This document shows positions 20,604-28,924 of a stretch of DNA of 64,000 nucleotides, one piece after another. Numbering within the stretch: position 1 is the first letter of the stretch; the number at the start of each line of letters is the position of its first letter. The notes beneath the pieces are model-generated. The model was not told the DNA's origin. It was given only the letters and a program-made list of their open reading frames with translations, and did not search any database. This DNA comes from Candidatus Micrarchaeota archaeon (GTDB taxonomy: Archaea; Micrarchaeota; Micrarchaeia; Anstonellales; Bilamarchaeaceae): contig JACRGD010000005.1 of assembly GCA_016212525.1 (NCBI GenBank), positions 1,300-65,299 on the forward strand, in the 5' to 3' direction. A program made the translations under genes and the position numbers.

Positions 20604-21110
20604 TTATGCAACCAGTTCCAGTCTGTTATATCCTTCGTATCTGAGTATCTCATAAAGTTTTATGTACCTTTGCGGATTCACTTCCATATCTGCCTCTATT
20701 ATTTGCAGCTGGGGGTTTCCTGCTTTTAATATGGCATATAGCTCTCCAGCAAACTCGGCTCGTTCGCAGGCCAGATCTATGCTCCTAAAAAAATCTCCAT
20801 ATGTTCCATTTAGAAATTTTTCGGACTCTCCCCTGCTCATGATTATTATTCTGGCCTGCTCAATAGTTACTCCGGTATTCGCTGCTTCTATTTTGGCTCT
20901 TAGCTCTCCGATTGGAACGTTTTGGGGTCGTGTTTGTAGGCTTGTTCGCTTCCAGCCTCCGTCTATTTTGAAACACAAATTCTGAGTTAGTTCTCTTGCT
21001 ATTTGCGGTTCTGTTATTGGATCTTCTTTTCTAAAGCCAGTAATGGCCGATTCTACTTTTAATCTGGCGAGGCGCATTTCTCTCGCTAGCTCTCTTTCTA
21101 GGGGTTTCAT
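20604..21110 (-). CDS. Hypothetical protein
   Basis: 168-aa ORF filling the gap; AT-rich TATA-like region upstream. Confidence 0.6.
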   Translation of the reverse strand: MKPLERELAREMRLARLKVESAITGFRKEDPITEPQIARELTQNLCFKIDGGWKRTSLQTRPQNVPIGELRAKIEAANTGVTIEQARIIIMSRGESEKFLNGTYGDFFRSIDLACERAEFAGELYAILKAGNPQLQIIEADMEVNPQRYIKLYEILRYEGYNRLELVA

Positions 21111-21183
21111 CGTTTTATCTATGTTTCGATATTATTATAATTAGTGGTATTTTAGTGTTCTATCGGTTGTTAGTTAAAATAAG

Positions 21184-21305
21184 CGCCTCAGCCGGGATTC
21201 GAACCCGGGTCGCGAGAGTTCTATAAACGATTTAGTCAGTTTTTGATCAAACTTTTCTAAAAGTTTGTGACAGTCTCGTATGCTAGACCACTACACTACT
21301 GAGGC
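21184..21305 (-). tRNA. tRNA-Asp(GUC) with 49-nt intron at 37/38 (intron 21219-21267)
   Basis: Acceptor GCCTCAG/CTGAGGC, anticodon arm CGAGA-CTGTCA^C-TCTCG, T-arm CCGGG-TTCGAAT-CCCGG; BHB central helix CUGU/AUAG with two 3-nt bulges. Confidence 0.95.
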
Positions 21306-21454
21306 TGAGAATTTAATTTAACACATTGTGGAAAATTGGTTTTTTAAAGCGATCGTTCTTTTATTCGATCTACCTTAGAGTCGATCGTCTGCCTTCGAAT
21401 ACGAAATCTTTCGCTTCCAAAGCCTTTTAATCCCCTTTTGTCCTAGCTCTATTT

Positions 21455-21590
21455 GGTCTATTGTCCTATAGCGAGTCGCATGTATAATGCAGTTCGCTAA
21501 AGTCGCAAATCACGAACGAAAAGACGATGAAAATTCGTTTCCTTTCGTGGTTTGCTATAGTCTCTGGACTGTTCATCGGGCGGGAGTAGT
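21455..21590 (+). promoter_or_regulatory. Structured 5' leader of purH (candidate cis-regulatory RNA)
   Basis: TATA-like CTTTTAAT at 21424; three hairpins plus an alternative 14-bp pairing; ends at GGGAG SD. Confidence 0.5.
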
Positions 21591-23138
21591 ATGGATATCA
21601 AACGAGCACTTATTAGTGTCTATAATAAGGAAGGAGTTGTCGAATTCGCACGGTTTTTGTCCCAAATGGGAGTCGAAATTCTCTCAAGTGGTGGAACATT
21701 CAAACTACTTTCCCAAAACCATATCCCCGTTATCGAAGTTTCAAAATACACCGGATCCCCAGAACTGATGGATGGACGGGTAAAAACTCTCCACCCAAAG
21801 ATTCACGGTGCAATCCTTGCTGATCGTTCAAACCCCAACCACATGCAGGAAGCAGAAAAAAACGGAATCGTTCCAATCGACTTGGTAGCTGTAAATCTCT
21901 ATCCGTTTGAGGAATCTGCCCTTAAGAATGCTCCATTGGCACAAGTTATAGAACATATTGACATCGGAGGCCCGACTCTGCTTCGGTCGGCTGCAAAAAA
22001 TTACAAAAACGTCGCAGTTATCTGCAATCCTTCCTCATACTCACAGATCATGTCCGAATTGAAAGAATCCAAAATTCTTTCTCCAAAAACCCATGAAAAA
22101 CTGGCGGTTGAAACCTGGACTCATGTTTCGCATTATGATGTCTGCATCGAGCGCTACTTCCGAAATCAGTTCGGATATAAGGACGAAATGCCCGAATACC
22201 TAAACTTAACGTTCCACAAAAAGCAGGATCTTAGATACGGTGAAAACCCTCATCAGGCTTCTGCTGTCTATAAAGATGATTTCTACAGAAATCCATCTAT
22301 CCTAGATGGCAACCAGATTCAGGGCAAACAGATGTCCTATAATAATATCCTCGATTGCAATGCTGCCTTCAAACTAATCCGTGAGTTCGAAGAACCTACT
22401 GCTGTAATTGTCAAGCACAACAATCCCTGCGGTGTTGCTTCGGCCCAGTCTATTCTCGACGCCTACAAGACTGCCAAGGCGGTCGATCCAGAAGCTGCAT
22501 TTGGAGGAATAGTTTTCGTAAATCGACCTGTGGACGAACCGTTGGCAAAGGAAATTACCAGTAGGTTTGTTGAGATTGTAGTTTCTCCAAATTTCACTCC
22601 TGAGGCTTTAGAGATTTTCAAGGCCAAGAAAAATATCCGGGTTATTGTGTCAAACACATTGGATGTCAAGAGACAGCCCTATCGAAAGTATCGTTCCATT
22701 CTTGGAGGTCTTCTTGTCCAGGAAGCAAATGTGAAAATGCTCGAATCGCTTAAAACAGTAACAAAACGCGAGCCTACTAAAGATGAGCTCCAATCTCTCC
22801 TTTATGCCTGGAAGGTCGTCAAGTACGTCAAATCGAACGCAATCGTATATGCCAAAGGCACAAGAGTTATTGCGATCGGTGCGGGCCAGATGAAGCGTAT
22901 TGATGCGGCGAGAATCGGCTCATTAATTGCCCAGGATTATGGAGAAAGTCTCAAGGGCGCAGTCATGGCATCTGATGCATTCTTCCCGTTCCGGGACGGA
23001 ATTGACTTTGCAGCAAAACTCGGAATCACTGCAATCATCCAGCCAGGCGGCTCTGTAAAAGACGAGGAAGTAATCGCCGCTTCAAACGAACATAAAATGG
23101 CCATGGTGTTTACCGGAATCAGACACTTTAGGCACTAA
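21591..23138 (+). CDS. purH: Bifunctional AICAR transformylase / IMP cyclohydrolase
   Basis: [50 protein letters not shown]. Confidence 0.98.
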   Translation: MDIKRALISVYNKEGVVEFARFLSQMGVEILSSGGTFKLLSQNHIPVIEVSKYTGSPELMDGRVKTLHPKIHGAILADRSNPNHMQEAEKNGIVPIDLVAVNLYPFEESALKNAPLAQVIEHIDIGGPTLLRSAAKNYKNVAVICNPSSYSQIMSELKESKILSPKTHEKLAVETWTHVSHYDVCIERYFRNQFGYKDEMPEYLNLTFHKKQDLRYGENPHQASAVYKDDFYRNPSILDGNQIQGKQMSYNNILDCNAAFKLIREFEEPTAVIVKHNNPCGVASAQSILDAYKTAKAVDPEAAFGGIVFVNRPVDEPLAKEITSRFVEIVVSPNFTPEALEIFKAKKNIRVIVSNTLDVKRQPYRKYRSILGGLLVQEANVKMLESLKTVTKREPTKDELQSLLYAWKVVKYVKSNAIVYAKGTRVIAIGAGQMKRIDAARIGSLIAQDYGESLKGAVMASDAFFPFRDGIDFAAKLGITAIIQPGGSVKDEEVIAASNEHKMAMVFTGIRHFRH

Positions 23139-24172
23139 TTCGATGTTTTCGCCCGGATATTGCGTTCCCAGTCGATCATTGGCTCTATTATTTCCCGAAT
23201 TGTCAATCCGGTTGCTTTCATTGCCAGTGATTCTATATCGGCCACTGTATCTGCTATCAATTTTATTGCTTCCACGACCTTATCGCCTGCCTCTTCCAAA
23301 GAGTCTACCTCTCTCGGTTTCATTTTTTTCCTCATTGGATTTTTCCTTATGAATTCTAGCATTGTTTTTGTTACGGGTACTGCTACCTCTGCTAACTTCC
23401 TATCTCCAGTTACTCCCTCCAAAAATCTTATCGCTAATATTCTTTCAACCATTCCCGCTTCTGGATTTATAATCAGGCTATCTCCCAATTGCGTATTTTC
23501 AGGATTTTCTGTCGTTACTACTGCAAGTCTTGTATCCCAATTCTTTTGCAGGACTCTTTCTATCCTTCCCTGCTCGTCTGTTACTATTCCGCATTCAAAG
23601 CCTATGAGATGTTCGTTTCTATCTTCTAAAAGCAAGACTTCGACTATGTCTTGGTGCTCATAGCTCCCATTTTTTCCCATTTCAATTACTTCACGAGCTA
23701 TCATCGCTGCCTCTTCTTTCCCTATTTTTCTACCGACTAATTCCTCACCAATTCGTTTTCCTCTAAATGGTTCAAGCGGTACTGTTCCTAATGCGTAGAA
23801 TTTAGCTTCTTCTATTAGCCTCCTGAATCGTTGTCTATCCTTTGCAATGTTCTGTAGTCCTTCAAGATACTTTACTGGATCTGGAGAAAAACTTGCAATG
23901 TGAACTGCTCGTGTTATTCTTCGTATTTCTAGTTCTGGTGGTACAATGTCTAAGAATGCCTCTAGTCCTGGTTTGAGGCCGCTGCCACCAAATAGGACCT
24001 TATCTCCCAGTTTCTGTGTTCTGTTTTCAAATACTGGATCCTCGATTAACCCTGCCCGAATATCGATTGTGCTAATTCTTCTTAAATTATCTAAATTAGG
24101 CTTGCTCAGACGCTCCAGAGGTCTCATTCCTGGTGCTTTTGTTAGGATATCATAAACACAAACTTTTGCCAT
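23135..24172 (-). CDS. Hypothetical protein
   Basis: 345-aa ORF convergent on purH; TTTATAAA box about 25 nt upstream; no recognised motif. Confidence 0.7.
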   Translation of the reverse strand: MAKVCVYDILTKAPGMRPLERLSKPNLDNLRRISTIDIRAGLIEDPVFENRTQKLGDKVLFGGSGLKPGLEAFLDIVPPELEIRRITRAVHIASFSPDPVKYLEGLQNIAKDRQRFRRLIEEAKFYALGTVPLEPFRGKRIGEELVGRKIGKEEAAMIAREVIEMGKNGSYEHQDIVEVLLLEDRNEHLIGFECGIVTDEQGRIERVLQKNWDTRLAVVTTENPENTQLGDSLIINPEAGMVERILAIRFLEGVTGDRKLAEVAVPVTKTMLEFIRKNPMRKKMKPREVDSLEEAGDKVVEAIKLIADTVADIESLAMKATGLTIREIIEPMIDWERNIRAKTSN

Positions 24173-24333
24173 ATCTTAACATTATTTACAATTATTTATA
24201 AACAGTGCATTTGAATTATTCTTCCCTTCTTCTGTTTCTTCTTATTTTTCTTTTGCTTCTTCTAATAAAAACGATTATAAGGTTGTTTTTCTTATACTTC
24301 TAACTGTTTATACTATTATTGTGGTGAATCCGT

Positions 24334-25743
24334 ATGCCAAGAGCAAAGAAAAAATCTACCGAATCTCCTGCTGTGTCTTCTGAAGTTTCAAAATCTTCGC
24401 CTCCAATGAAGGTTGAGGAATCTAAATCTGGTCTTGTTGCGGTTAAGACTGCTCCAGTTCCGATGGTTGTTTCTCCGCCTGCTCAATCTCAACCTATGTC
24501 GTCCCCATCCGTCCCGTCTCCCTCTATAGAATACGATGCAATTGTCCTTGGTGGCGGTCCTTCTGGCTCTTCAACTACTATTTTCCTCTCAAAAGCAGGC
24601 AAAAAAGCCTTGCTTTTAGACAAACAAAAATTCCCCCGTGATAAGACCTGTGGTGATGGTATTTCCGGTCGATCCGTTCGGATGCTTACTGCACTGGGTG
24701 TTTATGATGATTTCAAAAACGTCGAACACCAGGACATGTACGGTGTAACGTTTTCTTCTCCAAATGGTACTGTTGCGCCAGTTTCTTCTCCAAAATCCAA
24801 AAACGAATCCCCTCCTGGTTTTGTTTGCCGAAGAGAAGTTTTCGATAATGTTTTGTTCCAAAATGCCAAGAGGCTCGCAACAAAGACGATCGAGGGATTT
24901 GTAGGAACCGATCTGATTATGGATGGTTCCAAAGTCGTAGGAGTAAAGGGCATGGTCGAGGGTAAAGAGCAAACCTTCCGGGCCAAGGTCGTAGTTGGTG
25001 CAGATGGCGCTGGCGGAATGACAAGTCGAAAGCTCAATGCATATCACAATGATGAAGATCATCTGTGCGCTGGAATTCGCTGTTACTATGAAAACGTGGG
25101 CGGAATGATTGATCAGATCGAACTCCACTTCGTCAAGGAGGCACTTCCGGGATACTTCTGGATCTTCCCACTTCCAAACGGCAAGGCGAACGTTGGTATT
25201 GGCATGGTTGTCTCTGACATGAAAAAGAAAAAGGTCAACTTGCAAAAAGTCATGTTTGATATAATCGCTAACAATCCTACCTTCAAAGACCGTTTCAAAG
25301 ATGCCAAGCGGACTACTGAGGTCAAGAGCTGGCTTCTTCCATTTGCATCCAAGCGAGTTAAGATGTCTGGCGATGGATATGTCCTGGTTGGAGATGCTGC
25401 ATCGTTGATCGATCCATTTACTGGTGAGGGTATCGGAAATGCCCTTACCTCCGGTCGAGCCGCTTCCACTGCGATAGTTGAGGCACTTAACAAAAATGAT
25501 GTTTCTGCTGCAAGTCTGCACAAGTACGAAGACTTGCTTATGGCCGATATCGAAAAAGAGGTTAAGGACAACTACAAACTCCAAAAGATGGTTAAAGGCG
25601 AATTTCTGCTTAACTTGATCGTCGGCAGGGCGAAAAAGAGCAAATACGTCCAGGGGGTCATCTCCAATGCACTCATCAATCCTGATGCACATAGCACTTT
25701 GAGTGATCCATTATTTGTTTTCAAGGCGCTCTTTGCACCTTAA
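24334..25743 (+). CDS. Geranylgeranyl reductase-family FAD oxidoreductase
   Basis: GGGPSG, FPRDKTCGDG, GADG, GYFWIFP, GDAA..IDPFTGEGI; ~60-aa S/P-rich N-terminal extension. Confidence 0.9.
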   Translation: MPRAKKKSTESPAVSSEVSKSSPPMKVEESKSGLVAVKTAPVPMVVSPPAQSQPMSSPSVPSPSIEYDAIVLGGGPSGSSTTIFLSKAGKKALLLDKQKFPRDKTCGDGISGRSVRMLTALGVYDDFKNVEHQDMYGVTFSSPNGTVAPVSSPKSKNESPPGFVCRREVFDNVLFQNAKRLATKTIEGFVGTDLIMDGSKVVGVKGMVEGKEQTFRAKVVVGADGAGGMTSRKLNAYHNDEDHLCAGIRCYYENVGGMIDQIELHFVKEALPGYFWIFPLPNGKANVGIGMVVSDMKKKKVNLQKVMFDIIANNPTFKDRFKDAKRTTEVKSWLLPFASKRVKMSGDGYVLVGDAASLIDPFTGEGIGNALTSGRAASTAIVEALNKNDVSAASLHKYEDLLMADIEKEVKDNYKLQKMVKGEFLLNLIVGRAKKSKYVQGVISNALINPDAHSTLSDPLFVFKALFAP

Positions 25744-25773
25744 CTTCCTTTTTTCTTTTCTATTTTTCTCTTA

Positions 25774-26679
25774 CTATTCACATCCAAAAAACTGATCTAA
25801 TTTTCGATTAAATCCTTCTGGATCTTCGAACATTGGTCCATGCGAGCATTTTGGAAAATAGCTATGTTCTGAATTTGGAAACTTTGTTCTAAGTTCTTCT
25901 GCTGCCTTTCTATGTACAAAAAAATCCTTTCCTGAGCTGACAATCAGAGTTCGCAAAGTCATTTGCGGAACTTGAGCAAAAATATTATCTCCTTGTTCGA
26001 TCATGGCTTTAAGTGCCGCGCTAACTGCAGTCCTATTTGTAAGGAAATTACGATATAATTCTCCAAACGATCCTCGTTCATATCTGATTCCCATTGCTTG
26101 TATGATCCTGTGTGTCAGCTCCTCTAAGACTGTCTGCTCTGCAAGTCTTCTTGCAATAAGTCCAAGTGTCCCCTCTGCATAACTATGCGCAAATAATTCT
26201 GGATCAAGGACAAGTAGCGGTGCCAATGGAAAATATCTAAGCGGATTTCCTGCTGGAGAGCATACGAACGTTAGTGTTCCTATTGCTGCTTTTGATTGGT
26301 GGCCTCTCGTCATCCCAAGCTGAACTAACCCTCCCATGCTATGAGCTACTAAGTGTACTTTTGCAAATCCCATTTGATTTATCAAATCTTGCAGATCTTT
26401 GGTTGCACTATCTAGATAATTTCCGCTGTCTACAAAAGTACTTCGACCCATTCCCTGTGCGTTATATAAAAAAAGATTCATTCTTCTTAGTGCTGATCTA
26501 TCAGGTCCTTTTGCATCTAATTGTCTTTGCCATTCTGACTTATATGTCGTTCCCCAGCCGTTGGTGAGAATAATTGTTTCTTTTGCTCCTCTGTCTCTAA
26601 AATAATATTCGATGCATGCTCCCTGATTAGTATACATCCGGCCTTCATATCTCCTTTCGTATGGCAGGTGTAAATTCAT
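25774..26679 (-). CDS. Alpha/beta hydrolase
   Basis: GMGRS, AHSMGG nucleophile elbow, GKD, SHGPMFEDP. Confidence 0.88.
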   Translation of the reverse strand: MNLHLPYERRYEGRMYTNQGACIEYYFRDRGAKETIILTNGWGTTYKSEWQRQLDAKGPDRSALRRMNLFLYNAQGMGRSTFVDSGNYLDSATKDLQDLINQMGFAKVHLVAHSMGGLVQLGMTRGHQSKAAIGTLTFVCSPAGNPLRYFPLAPLLVLDPELFAHSYAEGTLGLIARRLAEQTVLEELTHRIIQAMGIRYERGSFGELYRNFLTNRTAVSAALKAMIEQGDNIFAQVPQMTLRTLIVSSGKDFFVHRKAAEELRTKFPNSEHSYFPKCSHGPMFEDPEGFNRKLDQFFGCE

Positions 26680-26735
26680 GTTCTTTTATTGTGGGTAAAT
26701 ATAAATAAGAATTTGTTTTAGAAAAAAATTGATTA

Positions 26736-26865
26736 TCCCGCTTGCCTGATTTGAACAAGCAACCTTCCCGTCTCCGAGCGGCCTTTAGGCCGCGAAGGAA
26801 AAACCTCGTAAAAAATCGAGTCAATCAAACTACAGCGGGACGCTCTACCGTTGAGCTAAAGCGGG
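26736..26865 (-). tRNA. tRNA-Tyr(GUA) with 58-nt intron at 37/38 (intron 26772-26829)
   Basis: C1-G72 acceptor CCCGCTT/AAGCGGG, discriminator A, anticodon arm TCCCG-CTGTAG^A-CGGGA, T-loop TTCAAAT; relaxed BHB. Confidence 0.93.
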
Positions 26866-26968
26866 GTAGAATCAGAATAAAAATGGAGAGAAGTACTTAT
26901 AAACATTCATTTTGTCTCTTGGGCCTCTTTATCCCATGACTTCCAGATTTGACAACTTATGGCCAAAC

Positions 26969-27007
26969 TATATAAACGCATTGTTACATTTAGAATAACG
27001 AACTTTT
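26969..27007 (+). promoter_or_regulatory. TATA box plus TTGTTA-N9-TAACGA element, duplicated at 37900-37937
   Basis: TATATAAACGCATTGTTACATTTAGAATAACGAA. Confidence 0.6.
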
Positions 27008-27682
27008 ATGGCCTCTAATACTAGGTTTGCCCCATCTGCTGTTGCTGCAAAACTTGAGCATTTGGGTTTTCGTTTCATTCATTTCGAAGATAAACCTACA
27101 TTCCAGAAGGATTTTGGCAATGCGTGTGTGCTTGTAGAATTACTTGATCGTCCCGAATCATCACTCCCAAGCCGTGTCGGAGGTGGTTTTCGTGTGCCCT
27201 TTGGAGTTGCTGGCGATTTTTCGCTTGATTATTCTCCTCCAGCATCATCTCGAACTGTGGATGATCCACATACAATATCCAGGATTCTTTATCAGCATGA
27301 TCTTGGCCCATCTGCCAGCGAAGCTTTGGTTCGGTCGCTTGGAACAAAAGACCATCTGGTTCTAGAAGATGGTTCTACCTACTGTGCTTTTTTGAATTCG
27401 GGGCTTGAATTGGAGCAAACAATTGCAGGTGCTCCTGTGCTCTCTTCCCGTTTGGATCAATTTGCCCGAAATCACGATGGTGTGTGTGCGATTTTGGAAG
27501 ATCTTGATGCCTATGCTCAGATTGATCCTGTGGCCCGTGGTCTTCTTAAGGTTAACAATCCTCATGGCGAATTGCTTAGTGCGTATTGTGATCGAATTGC
27601 CCAGCGTGTCTTGAGCAATGTTTATTCTTATCTCGAAGATTTATTGGGTCTTATTGCCGATCGTGCGGTCATCGATCTTTAA
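27008..27682 (+). CDS. Hypothetical protein, paralog of 37938-38624
   Basis: Shares AKL...GF, DFG.A..LVEL..R, ALVR.L.TKDH, DGSTYCA. Confidence 0.75.
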   Translation: MASNTRFAPSAVAAKLEHLGFRFIHFEDKPTFQKDFGNACVLVELLDRPESSLPSRVGGGFRVPFGVAGDFSLDYSPPASSRTVDDPHTISRILYQHDLGPSASEALVRSLGTKDHLVLEDGSTYCAFLNSGLELEQTIAGAPVLSSRLDQFARNHDGVCAILEDLDAYAQIDPVARGLLKVNNPHGELLSAYCDRIAQRVLSNVYSYLEDLLGLIADRAVIDL

Positions 27683-28119
27683 TGCCCGAACTTTAATTGT
27701 AGTTGCCTTTCTTGTCCCTGCGAATCTTTCACCTCATAAATCAGCCAGATAAAATCAGGTCTTCCTTCCTCTCCTTCGATTGGCCCGTCAACGGTTTTTC
27801 CATCCCAGCCATTTAGAACTAATCTTTTTGTTGGCTCGTATGGTTCGGTTTCCCATCTTTCCCAATCTTGAGAGCTTATTGTTTCTATTTTCCAGCTTCC
27901 ACTTGAGCTGCCAAACTGCCAATTTCCATCTTCTTTGATCTCAAGTTTGCGTGAACTTAGTTTACTATAATCTACTTCCCCCTTGTAGTTTGTAGTAGCC
28001 GGATATATTCTCCAGCTGCCAACTAAACCTGTTTCATCTTTAGAACTGTTCTCTGTACATCCAAAAATAATCAACAGTAAGAAAAATACGAATCCTAATG
28101 CGATCAGATTTTTTGTCAT
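27679..28119 (-). CDS. Putative lipoprotein
   Basis: MTKNLIALGFVFFLLLIIFGC lipobox-like signal; ATGA overlap with the upstream gene. Confidence 0.7.
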   Translation of the reverse strand: MTKNLIALGFVFFLLLIIFGCTENSSKDETGLVGSWRIYPATTNYKGEVDYSKLSSRKLEIKEDGNWQFGSSSGSWKIETISSQDWERWETEPYEPTKRLVLNGWDGKTVDGPIEGEEGRPDFIWLIYEVKDSQGQERQLQLKFGH

Positions 28120-28874
28120 TTTGTGGCCTCTGGGCACATTGGGGCACGTTCGCAATTGTGGCAAGCATTTTTCATTTTTGATTCAATAATTTTTGCATAT
28201 CTGTCTGCATCTGCCTGATTTATTGTGTTATCTGGGCCTGTAAGTTCGAAATTCGCAAATACATTTCCAATGTAGAACCTATATTCGTAAGCACTGATTT
28301 TTCCAGCCTGGGGATTTTCAGGGTCGTCAAAATTTACCAAAAATGCCGCGCTTCTATCTCCTAAATTTACGGCATTTTTAAGCTCAGTGGCGTTTTGGTC
28401 TCTAAAGTTTTTTATGATACTGTTCATCTGGCAGTCCATTTTAGACATGTTCTGGTAAAATGATAATCCTGCATATATGCTATTAAGTGGTCTTGACTCA
28501 TTGTCTAATTTTTCATAATATCTTTCATATACTGCAAACCATCCTGCTCTGGTTATGTTCTGTGCTTCTGCCGGATCTCCTGTATAATCTGTTGCATTAT
28601 ATGTCATGCCTGTTTTGTTTTGCCTTAGCATATAATCCAAAGGTATTTCATTCGAACTGAGACTGAATTCGACCATGTCCCCGGCTTCACGTACGAGTCT
28701 ATTTTTTTGGGGCATGATATTTGTGTTGCTCTCTGTCGTCTGATTTTTAGTAATGGTTTGACTATCAATCTGATCTGGTATCGTTGTTGTTTTTTCGTTT
28801 ACACAGCCTACGCTGAAAAGCATAATTAGTAATGCTCCTATTAGAATTCCGATTTTTCCAATGGGACGTTTCAT
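28116..28874 (-). CDS. Putative lipoprotein
   Basis: MKRPIGKIGILIGALLIMLFSVGC signal followed by a Thr-rich linker. Confidence 0.7.
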   Translation of the reverse strand: MKRPIGKIGILIGALLIMLFSVGCVNEKTTTIPDQIDSQTITKNQTTESNTNIMPQKNRLVREAGDMVEFSLSSNEIPLDYMLRQNKTGMTYNATDYTGDPAEAQNITRAGWFAVYERYYEKLDNESRPLNSIYAGLSFYQNMSKMDCQMNSIIKNFRDQNATELKNAVNLGDRSAAFLVNFDDPENPQAGKISAYEYRFYIGNVFANFELTGPDNTINQADADRYAKIIESKMKNACHNCERAPMCPEATK

Positions 28875-28924
28875 GTACTTTGAACCTGTGGAATGTTTTT
28901 ATATTTTCTCTTTGCTTGCAACTT

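Noticed and set aside
21455-21590. Known ZTP, PRPP/ykkC, THF or fluoride riboswitch
   Set aside because: Their conserved core sequences are not present; kept only as an unclassified structured leader
21487-21768. 93-aa ORF as a purH leader peptide
   Set aside because: Overlaps purH out of frame, has no SD and no informative composition
24616-25692. 358-aa antisense ORF
   Set aside because: Lies wholly opposite the well-supported reductase gene and has no motifs; codon-bias shadow
26742-26939. 65-aa ORF
   Set aside because: Antisense to tRNA-Tyr
28832-28924. Longer N-terminus of the giant protease
   Set aside because: Overlaps the divergent lipoprotein gene; GTG at 28925 gives a proper signal sequence
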